Below, one piece after another: positions 1-9,744 of a DNA stretch of 64,000 nucleotides (position 1 is the first letter of the stretch; each line of letters starts with the position of its first letter). The translations under genes were made by a program, and so were the position numbers. The DNA comes from Planctomycetota bacterium (GTDB taxonomy: Bacteria; Planctomycetota; UBA1135; UBA2386). The stretch lies in NCBI GenBank assembly GCA_041398565.1, contig JAWKUN010000006.1, positions 67,828 through 131,827 of the forward strand. The letters are read 5' to 3'. The notes under the pieces were generated by a model. It saw nothing but the letters and a program-made list of their open reading frames with translations, had not been told where the DNA came from and searched no databases.

Positions 1-2238
1 CGCCGCCAGCACCTTCTCGGCTGCCTCGCGCGTCGATGCGCGGTCGGCCGCGCCGACCTGGCGTCGCGACTGTGCGTCGCCGGCGGGCGAGGTCGACGGC
101 AGCCCGGTCGCGAAGACGAGCACGTCGAACCGGGCAGCGAGATCGCCAGCTTCCACCGCGGTGCCGTACAGCCGTTCGTAGGGAAACTCGTAGTGATCGA
201 GCACCCACTCGGTCCAGCCAGTGTCCATGCTGCTACCCCACGGCTCGAACACACCGACGCGCGCGGCGCGCAGCGTCACGCCTTCGCCACGGGTCGACGC
301 CGTCATCGCCACGCCAAGCTCACGCGCCGCACGCTCGAGGAGCGGACGCGTCGAGTCGTCGGCTGCGACCACCAGCGTCGCATCGGCACCGCGGCCTTCA
401 CCGCGCGCCACCTGCCCACCGGCGCGCAGCACCCGATTGGCCACGCGGTAGGCGTCGCCGTTGCCGAGTGGCAGGGCCAATCGATCGGCGGCGGGAGCCT
501 CGCGCGGCGGCAGCACCACCTCGTCGACCGGTCGCAGGTCGCCCTCCACAGCCGCGAACGCGCGCTCGAACCGCACGCCCATCTGCATCGCCAACGTCCA
601 GCCGGCGCTGTCGTACGGCCGCACCGGCTGCCCGTCCTTGCCGAGGTCGTCGGGATGCCACTGCGGCTCGAACATGTCGAGCACGTGCGGACGGAAGGCC
701 TGGTCGCAGCGCACGACGAAAGTGCCGGGCGCGATCTGCTCGGTCGATGCGCCGTCGGCGACGGTGCACGTGCCGCGTGCCTGCCAGACCTCGACCCCGG
801 TGGCGCGCAGCGACTGCAGGAAGCGGCGCAGAGCGGCACCGTCGGGTTGGTCGGCGGGCAGCAGGTAAGCGCGCGCGTCGCGCAGAGCCGGGTCCTCGAA
901 CACCGCAGCCGCCGCCGCGCTGGCCGCATCCGGCTGCCGCGCCCGACGCGGCTCGCCGGCCTCGCCGCCAGCGTCCTCGGTGGGCGGTTCCGCCGCGTCG
1001 GCGTCGGTGCCGGCGCGTGCTGCGCGCTCGGCGGTCGCCACCATCTTCGGAGTCGGCGTCCAGTGATCACGGCTGCCGCGCGCGATGGAGTTCACGGCCA
1101 TGCGCCCGAAGTTGGCGAGAAGCTGCACCCGGTAGCGGGCCGCCGTGTCGAGGATGGCGTAGTTGGCGGTCTGCAGGTACTCGATGGTGTCGCGCGCGTG
1201 CCAGGTACGCGTTCCGATCGGCATCGGGTAGTCGCCACTGCCGAGCCTCCGGTCGAGCCCTTGTGTGAGCTCGGTCGGATCGGGATGCCCGAACACCTCG
1301 GTGAGGATGCCGATCATGTTGTGGAAGCAGGTGGTCGTGCGCAGGCCGCCGTTCCACCACATCGAGTAGGGTGCACCACTGCGCGAGATGACGCCGGCCT
1401 TGCCCTCCCAGGCAAAGCGCGCGTTCATGTTGGCGGCGACGAACTCGATGCCGCGCACGACGAGCGGATCGACGAAGTAGTTGTGCGGATCGCGGAACGG
1501 CGGCGTGTAGATCACCGTGCCGCGCGGCGCCGTCTGGTGGTGGTTGTAGACGATCTGCGGGAACCACTCGTGGTAGAAGACCCGCGCCACCGCCCGCGTC
1601 TCGGCGGTGTTGGCCGCGTAGTGGTCGCGGTTGTTGTCGTGGCCGCAGTAGCGCTGATAGAGCACCGGCAGGTTGCCGACACGGCCGGCAGCGGCGTAGG
1701 CGCGCGCCACCATCTCCATGCCGTCGGGGTTGACCGGGCACGCAAGCAGCACCACCTCGTCGAGAATGCGTCGCGTCTCGAGGTCGTCACGCGACACCAT
1801 GCGCCACACCAGCTCGAGGATGTTCTGGCCGGCGATGGCCTCGGTGGCGTGCAAACCGGCGTCGATCCACACGACGGCGCGGCCCTCCTCGGCGAGCGCG
1901 GCGATGGCGTCGTCGGCGAGGGATGCGCCCGCGTCGTCGCGCCCACTCGCCAGAGTCGCGCTGATCCGCCGCAAGCGTTCGACCCCGCGCAGGTTCTGCG
2001 GCGAAGAGATCACCGCCATCCACATCGTCTGCCCGTAGCCGCTGGTGCCGATCTCGCGCAGCTGCATGCGGTCCGAGGCCGCCGCGAGCTGCTGCCAGTA
2101 GGCGACGAGCTCGGTGTAGCTGGCGAGGCGGCGGTCGGCGCCCACCTCGTGTCCGAGCGCACGCTCCGGCGGCAAGAGCTTGGTCTGGGCGCGGGGCAGG
2201 CAGGCGAGGAGCACCACCAAGGCGAGGACGAGACGCAT
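1..2238 (-). CDS. Secreted M14 family zinc carboxypeptidase-like protein (3' end runs off the window)
   Basis: Not in the ORF track because it is open at the edge. Read by hand from ATG at 2238: MRLVLALVVLLACLPRAQ signal peptide, then GHEVGADRRLASY, WIDAGLHATE (HxxE zinc ligands), GHDNNRD and YNHHQ, all typical of bacterial M14 peptidases. Confidence 0.85.
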   Translation of the reverse strand, partial: MRLVLALVVLLACLPRAQTKLLPPERALGHEVGADRRLASYTELVAYWQQLAAASDRMQLREIGTSGYGQTMWMAVISSPQNLRGVERLRRISATLASGRDDAGASLADDAIAALAEEGRAVVWIDAGLHATEAIAGQNILELVWRMVSRDDLETRRILDEVVLLACPVNPDGMEMVARAYAAAGRVGNLPVLYQRYCGHDNNRDHYAANTAETRAVARVFYHEWFPQIVYNHHQTAPRGTVIYTPPFRDPHNYFVDPLVVRGIEFVAANMNARFAWEGKAGVISRSGAPYSMWWNGGLRTTTCFHNMIGILTEVFGHPDPTELTQGLDRRLGSGDYPMPIGTRTWHARDTIEYLQTANYAILDTAARYRVQLLANFGRMAVNSIARGSRDHWTPTPKMVATAERAARAGTDADAAEPPTEDAGGEAGEPRRARQPDAASAAAAAVFEDPALRDARAYLLPADQPDGAALRRFLQSLRATGVEVWQARGTCTVADGASTEQIAPGTFVVRCDQAFRPHVLDMFEPQWHPDDLGKDGQPVRPYDSAGWTLAMQMGVRFERAFAAVEGDLRPVDEVVLPPREAPAADRLALPLGNGDAYRVANRVLRAGGQVARGEGRGADATLVVAADDSTRPLLERAARELGVAMTASTRGEGVTLRAARVGVFEPWGSSMDTGWTEWVLDHYEFPYERLYGTAVEAGDLAARFDVLVFATGLPSTSPAGDAQSRRQVGAADRASTREAAEKVLAA

Positions 2239-2529
2239 GCCCACACGACAGCAGCCCGCCGGCGCGGATTCCACGGAACGTCGGGTCGTGGCAATTCGGC
2301 GGCGGTCGCACCACGAAGCTGGGCGACGCGTGGACCTACGACCCCGCGCGGCCAGCTCGTGTTCGTTTCGATCCTGCGCGAAGCTGACGTCTGCTGCGCG
2401 AACTCCAGGGGTGAAGGTTGCGCAAAGCCGAAGACCGCCGCGCCCTGCGAACTACCTGTCCGGCTGGCGTGCTATCCTCCGCCCTTCGGCCGCGTGTGAA
2501 GCCAGTTGCCGAACGAAGGAGTTCCGTCG

Positions 2530-5500
2530 ATGTCGCCCTCATTCTCTCCCCAGCTCTTGGTGCAGTCGCCTCGCACGGCCCGGGATCCGTCGAAGCGCGG
2601 ATCGCCACCATGCGGTCCCGCCCCTCGCCGGTCGCGCCTGGCGTGCACGCCGCGCGGTGTCGCTCGGACTGCGCTTCTCGCGCTGGCGGCGATCCCGCTC
2701 GCCGGTCAGAACCCGATCGTCCTCGAGAATCAGAACGCCGGGGTACCGGCGTCGGTCTGGTACGTCCCCGGGCCCGGCGACGCCAACATCCAGGGCTTCG
2801 CCACCGACCTGAGCGTGAACGCCGGCGCCACGGTGCGCTTCAAGATCGATACCAACTCACCGGCCTACCACATCGACGTCTACCGCCTCGGCTGGTACCA
2901 GGGACTGGGCGCGCGTCGGGTCGGTAGTGGCATCGTGACCGCAACCCTGCCGCAGCCGCAGCCGGCGGGCCTGTTCGACCCGGCGACGGCGATGACCGAT
3001 TGCGGCAACTGGGCCGAGTCGGCGCACTGGGACGTGCCCGCGGCCGCAGTGTCGGGCGTCTACGTCGCCAAGCTCGTGCGCGACGACACCACGCCGGGCA
3101 CCAGCCACATCCTGTTCGTGGTGCGCAACGACGCGAGCACGTCGGACATCGTCGTCAAGACGAACGACAGCACTTGGCAGGCCTACAACCTCTACGGCGG
3201 TGCCAGCCTCTATCCGGCCGGCAACAGCCCCCCTGGCTTCAACCACGCGACCAAGGTCAGCTACAACCGACCGTTCGACATCCGCAACGCGGCCGGTGGC
3301 TCGGGCTACGACTTCTTCGCCGCCGAGTACGCGATGGTGCGCTTCCTCGAGGCCAACGGCTACGACGTGAGCTACATGACGAGCGTCGACGTCGACCGCT
3401 ACGGCGCGCGCCTGCTCCAGCATCGAGCGTTCCTGTCGGTCGGACACGACGAGTACTGGTCGGGACCCGAGCGCGGCAACGTGGTGACGGCCCGCGACGC
3501 GGGGGTCCACCTGGCGTTCTTCTCCGGCAACGAGCTGTACTGGCGCACGCGCTACGAGCCGAGCATCGACGGCAGCAGCACGCCGTACCGCACCCTGGTC
3601 TGCTACAAGGAAGGCACGCTGGGCGAGAACGTGTGCGGCACCAAGTGCGACCCGTCGCCGGAGTGGACCGGGCTGTGGCGCGACGGCTGTGCGCCGACCT
3701 ACGACCCACCGACGAACGGCGGCTGCCGCCCGGAGAGCACGCTCAGCGGCCAATACAGCTGGAGCGGCGTGATCGGCGCCATCGAGGTGCCCTACGCCTA
3801 CAAGGACCTGCGCCTGTGGCGTTTCACGAGCATTCCGGGGCTGACCGCGGGCGGCAGAGCGATCCTCGGCGCCAACACGCTCGGCCACGAGTGGGATCCG
3901 CAGGACGCGAGCGCCGCCTACGCTCCGCGCCGCATCCTGCTGTCCGAGACGCTGCTCGGCGGGCAAGTGCACCATCTGTCGCTCTACCGCGCCGACAGCG
4001 GCGCGTGGGTGTTCGGCGCCGGCACCGTGCAGTGGTCGTGGGGCCTCGACGACTTCCACACCTACGCGCAGGTGCCGAGCAACCACGACATGCAGCAGGC
4101 GACGGTCAATCTGTTCGCCGACATGGGCCTGTCGCCGGGCTCGCTGCAGCCCGGGCTCGTGCGGACGTCGGCATCGACCGACACGCAGGCGCCCGGCTCG
4201 ATCATCTCGGCGCCGAGCGAGGGGCAGATGGTGCCGGTGAACGGCACGATCGGCATCCAGGGCGTCGCGGCCGACGTCGGCGGCGGTGTCGTCGCCGGTG
4301 TCGAGGTGTCGGTCGACAACGGCGCGACGTGGCACCCGGCGATCGGCACGACGACCTGGAGCTACGCATGGTCGCCGACCGCGCAAGGGTCGGTCACGAT
4401 CAAGAGCCGCGCCTTCGACGACAGCGGCAACCTCGAAGTGCCGGCGACGACCGGGGTGAACGTGGTGCACGTGACGGTGACAGGCCCGAGCTGCCCGTGC
4501 ACCGTGTTCGGCACGGCGACACCGACCGGCTCGCCGTTCAACGACGGTGGTCCGATCGAGCTCGGCATGCGCTTCCGCGTCGACGTGCCGGGCCTCATCA
4601 CCAAGCTGCGTTACTACAAGGTGGCGGGCATCGCCGGAACGCGCACCGGCAGCCTGTGGACCAACACCGGCACCAACCTGGCGCGGCAGGTGTTCACCAA
4701 CGAGACGGCGTCGGGGTGGCAAGAAGTCGGCCTGTCGTCACCGCTCCCCGTGCAGCCGGGAACCACCTACGTGGTCTCGTACTTCAGCTCGACGGGCGAC
4801 TACTTCGGCGCCACGAACTACTTCACCCAGCAAGCCGGCAACGGGCTGGTGCACGGACTGGCCGACGGCTTCGACGGACCGAACGGCATCTACCTCGCGA
4901 CGCCGGTCCCCGCGTTTCCGACCGCGACCTTCCGCAGCGGCAACTACTTCGCCGACGTCGTCTTCGCGACCGCGCCGGACACCACGCCGCCGACGGTCAC
5001 CGCGCGCGTCCCGGCGCCGAACGCCACCAGCGTGCCCGTGTCCACGGCGGTGACCGCGTCGTTCAGCGAACCGCTCGATCCCGCGAGTGTGAGCGGAGCG
5101 ACATTCGAGCTGCGCGACGCCGGCAACGTGCCCGTGTCGGCAACGATCGTCTACGTCCCCGGCACCCTGAACACGACCCTGACCCCGTCGGCGCCGCTGG
5201 CCCCGCTGTCGACATACACGGCGACTCTGCGCGGCGGCGCCACCGACCCGCGCATCAAGGACGTCGCCGGCAACGCGCTCGCGGCCAACGTCGTGTGGTC
5301 GTTCACGACCGCCGCGGCGACGCGCTGCCCGTGCACGGTGTTCCCCGCCAACGTGGCGGCGCCAGGACCGCTCAACAACGACCAGTCGCCGCTCGAGGTC
5401 GGCATGAAGTTCCGTGCCGATCGGAACGGGCTGATCACGGCCCTGCGCTACTTCAAGTTCCCCGGCACGACCGGCATCCACACCGGCAACCTGTGGACGG

Positions 5501-6216
5501 CGCTCGGGGTCAACCTGGCACGCGCCCAGTTCACCAACGAGACCGCCTCGGGGTGGCAGGAGATCCTGCTCGACGTTCCGGTGGCGATCAGCGCCAACAC
5601 CACCTACGTGGTGTCCTACTTCAGCGCCTCGGGCGACTACGTGAGCACGCTGAACGGCCTGGCGCAGCAGGTCGGCACCGGCTTCGTGCGTGGACTCGCC
5701 GACGGCGTCGACGGTGGCAACGGCGTGTTCGCCTACGCCAACGCCCCGACGTTCCCGACGCAGAGCTTCATGGCCAGCAACTACTACGCGGACGTCGTCT
5801 TCTACCAGCCGCGCGAGGCGCGCACCGAGGCGTTCGGCGCCGGCTGCGCCGGCACCGGCGGCCAGGTGCCGATCCTCGCCGCAGCCGGCCAACCGCCACT
5901 GCCGACGCTGCCGAATCCGACGCTCGCGTTGCAGCTGACCAACGCCCGGCCCTTGTCGGTGGCGGTCGTCGTCGCCGGCTTCTCGCGCGCCTCGGCGACG
6001 CCGTGCGATCTCCTCATCGGCACTCTGGGCCCGAACTGGGTCGTGTTCACCAACGCCGCCGGCCAAGCCGCGGTGGCCCTGCCGCTCCCCGCCACGCCGT
6101 CGCTCGCAGGCCTGCCGCTCTGGTTCGAGGCCGCAGTCTGGGATCCGGCCGGCGGCTCGACGTTCATCGCCAACCTGGCGCTGACCGCGGGCCAGCGACT
6201 CACCCTCGGCGACTGA
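2530..6216 (+). CDS. Large secreted protein: N,N-dimethylformamidase beta-subunit-like domain, Ig-like domains, two DUF4082 domains and a C-terminal tail domain
   Basis: Motifs NPIVLENQ, IQGFATDLSVN, TWQAYNLYGG, FLSVGHDEYWS and QQATVNLFADMG; two ELGM(R/K)FR...NY(F/Y)ADVVF repeats (DUF4082); DTTPPTV...FSEPLD (Big_5-like). Start uncertain (2506-2660). Confidence 0.85.
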   Translation: MSPSFSPQLLVQSPRTARDPSKRGSPPCGPAPRRSRLACTPRGVARTALLALAAIPLAGQNPIVLENQNAGVPASVWYVPGPGDANIQGFATDLSVNAGATVRFKIDTNSPAYHIDVYRLGWYQGLGARRVGSGIVTATLPQPQPAGLFDPATAMTDCGNWAESAHWDVPAAAVSGVYVAKLVRDDTTPGTSHILFVVRNDASTSDIVVKTNDSTWQAYNLYGGASLYPAGNSPPGFNHATKVSYNRPFDIRNAAGGSGYDFFAAEYAMVRFLEANGYDVSYMTSVDVDRYGARLLQHRAFLSVGHDEYWSGPERGNVVTARDAGVHLAFFSGNELYWRTRYEPSIDGSSTPYRTLVCYKEGTLGENVCGTKCDPSPEWTGLWRDGCAPTYDPPTNGGCRPESTLSGQYSWSGVIGAIEVPYAYKDLRLWRFTSIPGLTAGGRAILGANTLGHEWDPQDASAAYAPRRILLSETLLGGQVHHLSLYRADSGAWVFGAGTVQWSWGLDDFHTYAQVPSNHDMQQATVNLFADMGLSPGSLQPGLVRTSASTDTQAPGSIISAPSEGQMVPVNGTIGIQGVAADVGGGVVAGVEVSVDNGATWHPAIGTTTWSYAWSPTAQGSVTIKSRAFDDSGNLEVPATTGVNVVHVTVTGPSCPCTVFGTATPTGSPFNDGGPIELGMRFRVDVPGLITKLRYYKVAGIAGTRTGSLWTNTGTNLARQVFTNETASGWQEVGLSSPLPVQPGTTYVVSYFSSTGDYFGATNYFTQQAGNGLVHGLADGFDGPNGIYLATPVPAFPTATFRSGNYFADVVFATAPDTTPPTVTARVPAPNATSVPVSTAVTASFSEPLDPASVSGATFELRDAGNVPVSATIVYVPGTLNTTLTPSAPLAPLSTYTATLRGGATDPRIKDVAGNALAANVVWSFTTAAATRCPCTVFPANVAAPGPLNNDQSPLEVGMKFRADRNGLITALRYFKFPGTTGIHTGNLWTALGVNLARAQFTNETASGWQEILLDVPVAISANTTYVVSYFSASGDYVSTLNGLAQQVGTGFVRGLADGVDGGNGVFAYANAPTFPTQSFMASNYYADVVFYQPREARTEAFGAGCAGTGGQVPILAAAGQPPLPTLPNPTLALQLTNARPLSVAVVVAGFSRASATPCDLLIGTLGPNWVVFTNAAGQAAVALPLPATPSLAGLPLWFEAAVWDPAGGSTFIANLALTAGQRLTLGD

Positions 6217-6255
6217 CCCCGGCGGGCGCGCGGCTCACGCGCTGGGCCGCGCGCC

Positions 6256-7440
6256 TCACAGACCCGGCGCGCCGATGCGCTGCCGCTGCACCCAGAGCCA
6301 CATCGTGGCGACGGCGGCCAACGCCGCGCTCGTCCCGAACGCCACCGCCCTGCCCTGCACGTCCCACAGCGCCCCGAAACCCAAGCTCGCCAGCAACGCC
6401 ACGAGGCCGGCGGCGAAGTGGTACCAGCCGAACGCGGCGCCCCACCGCCGCGACGGCGCGATGCGCGCGACCAACGCCTTCTCGGCGCCTTCGCTGAGGC
6501 CGGCGTGCAGGCCGTACCCCAGGAACAGCGCGCGCACCACCAGACGGTCGTCGGTGACGGCCAGCGCACCGTAGGCGGCGACGTGCACCAGCCAGCCGAG
6601 CGCGATGGCGACGACATGGCCGTGTCGGTCGGCGAGGCGGCCACCGAGCGTCGCGGTGCTCGAGCGCACCAGGTGCAGGCCGATCCACAGCAGCGGCAGT
6701 TCGCTCAGCGAGCCACGGTCGTCGCTCACCAGCGCCAGCAGGAACACGTCGTTGCCACGTCCCAGCGTGAACAACGACAACGGCAGGAGGAAGCCGGCGA
6801 GAGCTCGCGCCGGCGCGCGCTCGGCCTTGGCCGGGGGAGCCGTCGGGAACGCCTGTTCGCGCGCGTGGCGCGCCGCGGTAGCGATGGCGAACGCGCCGGG
6901 GATGGCGGCGAGCCAGAACAGCGTGCGCAGGTCCTCGGTGACGAACTGCAGCACCAGCAGAGCCAGGATCGGCCCGATCACCGCGCCGGCATGGTCCATC
7001 GCGCGGTGGAAGCCGAACGCCTCGCCGCGGCGCTCGGGCGCCACCGCGGCGGCGATGAGAGCGTCGCGCGGCGCGCCGCGCAGGCCCTTGCCGACTCGGT
7101 CGACGACGCGCACGGCGAGCACGTGCCACGTCGCCGTCGCCAGCGCCACGCACGGACGCACGACCGCCGACAGCGAGTATCCCGCCAGCACGAACGGCCG
7201 CCGCCGCCCGCTGTGGTCGGTGAGGCGGCCAGCGACCAAGCGCAGGAACGCGGCGACCGCGTCGGCGAGACCTTCGATCAACCCGAGCGCGCGCTTGTCG
7301 CCACCCAGCGTCTTCACCAACTCCGGCAGGAACGGGAACACCATCTCGCTGGCGGCATCGGTCAACAGGCTCACCAAGCCGAGTCCGAGCACGACCGGCG
7401 GCAACCGGCGGCGGCGGCCACTGTCCTCGGCAGCGCTCAC
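6256..7440 (-). CDS. MFS transporter
   Basis: About 12 hydrophobic segments; motifs LGLVSLLTDAASEM, GRLTDHSGRRRP, DRVGKGLRGAPRDALI and GRLADRHG. Likely GTG start at 7440. Confidence 0.9.
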   Translation of the reverse strand: MSAAEDSGRRRRLPPVVLGLGLVSLLTDAASEMVFPFLPELVKTLGGDKRALGLIEGLADAVAAFLRLVAGRLTDHSGRRRPFVLAGYSLSAVVRPCVALATATWHVLAVRVVDRVGKGLRGAPRDALIAAAVAPERRGEAFGFHRAMDHAGAVIGPILALLVLQFVTEDLRTLFWLAAIPGAFAIATAARHAREQAFPTAPPAKAERAPARALAGFLLPLSLFTLGRGNDVFLLALVSDDRGSLSELPLLWIGLHLVRSSTATLGGRLADRHGHVVAIALGWLVHVAAYGALAVTDDRLVVRALFLGYGLHAGLSEGAEKALVARIAPSRRWGAAFGWYHFAAGLVALLASLGFGALWDVQGRAVAFGTSAALAAVATMWLWVQRQRIGAPGL

Positions 7441-7474
7441 GGAAGACGCCGCCGGCTGGCGGCCCCGCCGCCGC

Positions 7475-8335
7475 TCACCACTTGTAGAAGCCCTGGCCGC
7501 TCTTCTTGCCGAGCTTGCCGGCCGCCACCATGTCGCGCATGAGCTTGGGTGCCGCGAACGCCGGGCTGTCGAGCTTGTCGCGCAGGTAGTCGGCGATCGA
7601 GAGGCGCACATCGAGGCCGACCAGATCGGTCAGCCGGAGCGGACCCATGGGGTGCCGGTAGCCCAACTCCATCGCCTTGTCGATGTCGGCCGCCGAGGCG
7701 ACGCCGGCCTCGAGCATGCGGATCGCCTCGAGCCCCAGCACCACGCCCAGCCGGCTGGTGGCGAAGCCGGGGCTGTCCTTCACCACGATCGGTTCCTTGC
7801 CCAGACGCCCGGCGTAGGCGAGCACCCGCTGCAGGGTCGCCTCGCTGGTCTGCTCCGTGCGGACCAGCTCGAGCAGCGGCATGAGCGGCGGCGGGTTGAA
7901 GAAGTGCATGCCGAGGCAGCGTTCGCGCGCCGGCACCTCGGCGAAGACGTCGGCGAGCGACAGCGACGAGGTGTTGGAGGCGAGCACGGTGGCCGGGGTG
8001 CACACCGCCGCCACCTCGGCGAACACCCGTTGTTTGAGGTCGAGCTTCTCGGGGATCGCCTCGACGACGAGGTCGGCATCGGCAGTCGCATCGCGCAGGT
8101 CGCTCGTAGCCCGCAGGTTGGCGAGCAGCGCGTCACGTTCCTCGGGCCGAGTCTTGCCCTTCTCGACGCCCTTGGCCAGGAAGTCGCGCACGCGCCCGAC
8201 CCCCGCCTCGACCAGGTTGGTCTCGATGTCGTACAGCGCGACTTTCGAACCTGCCGCAGCACAGATCTGCGCGATACCCGCGCCCATGGTGCCGGCGCCC
8301 AGAACAGCGACACGGCCGAAGTCGATACCCGTCAT
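7475..8335 (-). CDS. 3-hydroxyacyl-CoA (3-hydroxybutyryl-CoA) dehydrogenase
   Basis: Rossmann motif GAGTMGAGIA; VVEAIPEKLDLK, ASNTSSL, GMHFFNP and HPMGPL. Confidence 0.95.
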   Translation of the reverse strand: MTGIDFGRVAVLGAGTMGAGIAQICAAAGSKVALYDIETNLVEAGVGRVRDFLAKGVEKGKTRPEERDALLANLRATSDLRDATADADLVVEAIPEKLDLKQRVFAEVAAVCTPATVLASNTSSLSLADVFAEVPARERCLGMHFFNPPPLMPLLELVRTEQTSEATLQRVLAYAGRLGKEPIVVKDSPGFATSRLGVVLGLEAIRMLEAGVASAADIDKAMELGYRHPMGPLRLTDLVGLDVRLSIADYLRDKLDSPAFAAPKLMRDMVAAGKLGKKSGQGFYKW

Positions 8336-8638
8336 GCGATCACGTGGAGTTGGTGCTCGGATGATCGTGCCGGCGGAGATCGGAGTTTCAACGGCGCAGC
8401 CCGGCCACGCGCCCGTGGTGGGCGTGCAGCCGGATCGCAGTGGCAGCGGTGCGACGGCTCGAGGACGCGGACTCTGATCGCCACGCCCCACGAAAGCGCC
8501 AGTGCCGGTGCACCGCCTCGGCGTTTGCCCGGCCCGGGCACCCATCCGCGTGCTGGTGTCGGTGTTCGAGCACCGAAGTCATCGCTGCGACCGAGCGCGC
8601 GATCACACATCGCACACTCCCGTGCCGGGCGTGGCTCG

Positions 8639-9505
8639 TCACATCATGGTTTCGAACCGACTGTGGAACCACGTGCGGAAGAAGTTCTCGTCGACGGGGA
8701 TCTGGAAGATGGCGTAGATCCGGTCGCGCACCCTCAGCTCACAGCCGTCCGCCCACAGTTGGCTGCTGCCCGCGGCGACCGACGCAACAGATACGTTGGC
8801 TCGCATGGTGACGGGCGAGTAGCCACCCCAGATCTCACGCGTCTCTCCGATCCCCAGGATGTTGCGATTGGAGCCCCAGAAGTACTCGTACCCTTGACGA
8901 ATCCGGGCTTCGGCAGACGCACCGAACTGGACGGCCGTCGGGGACAGGTTCCAGCTACCCGTCGCTCGCACCTCGAACATGCCGGTCCAAGTGTTCGTGA
9001 TGTTGGCAGGCGACCACGAGTTGCTGGTCTCGCGTATGCGTCGAACCGTGAGCAGCGACTCGTACGCGATCGACCCCGGACCTGCCGCGGAGCTCCGGCG
9101 CGTCAGGATCCGCTGCCCCATGAAGTCGAGGTCCACCGCGACGAAGTTCGCTGGCACCGCGGTGCCCGACTGGGTGCGGACGACGGACATGCGGAGATTC
9201 CCGACGCGGTCGACCCAGTGGTACATGAAGCGCCACGGGCCGTCGTGATAGTGGTGCACGGTCTGGTTCTCGAGGAAGAAGGCCCAGTTGGCCACCTTGA
9301 GGGTGCCGGAGGTGGCGAGCCCGACCTGGCTGGTCGCATCGAAGATGGGGCCCATCTGGATCGTCTGGGCAGGCTCGAGATGCCAGGTGCGCCCGAGCTG
9401 CTGCCCGGCAACGGCGGGTGCGAAGACGAGGCCGGCTCCGGTCAGCAACAGCGGGGCTGCGTGCGCGACGAACGCGGCGGAAAGCAAGGTGGGAAGGCGG
9501 AACAT
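8639..9505 (-). CDS. Secreted beta-strand-rich hypothetical protein (possible LLTP lipid-cavity sheet module)
   Basis: Long N-terminal signal peptide ending AVAGQQ; alternating hydrophobic/polar strands; GAGGA upstream of the start; divergent from 9745. Function inferred only. Confidence 0.75.
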   Translation of the reverse strand: MFRLPTLLSAAFVAHAAPLLLTGAGLVFAPAVAGQQLGRTWHLEPAQTIQMGPIFDATSQVGLATSGTLKVANWAFFLENQTVHHYHDGPWRFMYHWVDRVGNLRMSVVRTQSGTAVPANFVAVDLDFMGQRILTRRSSAAGPGSIAYESLLTVRRIRETSNSWSPANITNTWTGMFEVRATGSWNLSPTAVQFGASAEARIRQGYEYFWGSNRNILGIGETREIWGGYSPVTMRANVSVASVAAGSSQLWADGCELRVRDRIYAIFQIPVDENFFRTWFHSRFETMM

Positions 9506-9582
9506 GATGGTAGTCCTCGGTTCGGAATGTTCGGGATTCGGCAGGAGGCTTGGGCGGCACGCGCCGCCGTCCTCCGCTCCGG

Positions 9583-9612
9583 TCAGTGCGCGACACCGAG
9601 ACGATCCGTCAC
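9583..9612 (-). promoter_or_regulatory. Putative ECF-type promoter GTGACGGATCG-N15-CTGA upstream of the 9505 gene
   Basis: Exact 11-mer plus CTGA at the same spacing as three other copies; about 78 nt before the ATG. Confidence 0.65.
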
Positions 9613-9655
9613 CGAATCCCGGCGCGCTCGAGTCGGCACCGGATCCACGGCAAGC

Positions 9656-9685
9656 GTGACGGATCGCTCACCGGCCGAACACTGG
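9656..9685 (+). promoter_or_regulatory. Putative ECF-type promoter GTGACGGATCG-N15-CTGG upstream of the 9745 gene
   Basis: Exact 11-mer, same spacing, back-to-back with the 9583-9612 copy; about 60 nt before the ATG. Confidence 0.65.
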
Positions 9686-9744
9686 CGGAGTCGGGCCGAC
9701 GGCGCGTGCCGTCTGGCCGCCGCACCCGACGACCGGAGATCAAG

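Noticed and set aside
193..2499. Long ORFs such as 193-2499(+), 3000-6497(+), 6605-9772(+), 23189-26203(-), 34096-38703(-), 39663-43724(-) and 52982-56080(+)
   Set aside because: These are antisense or off-frame shadows of recognisable genes in high-GC DNA, with Arg/Ala/Pro-rich translations and no family motifs.
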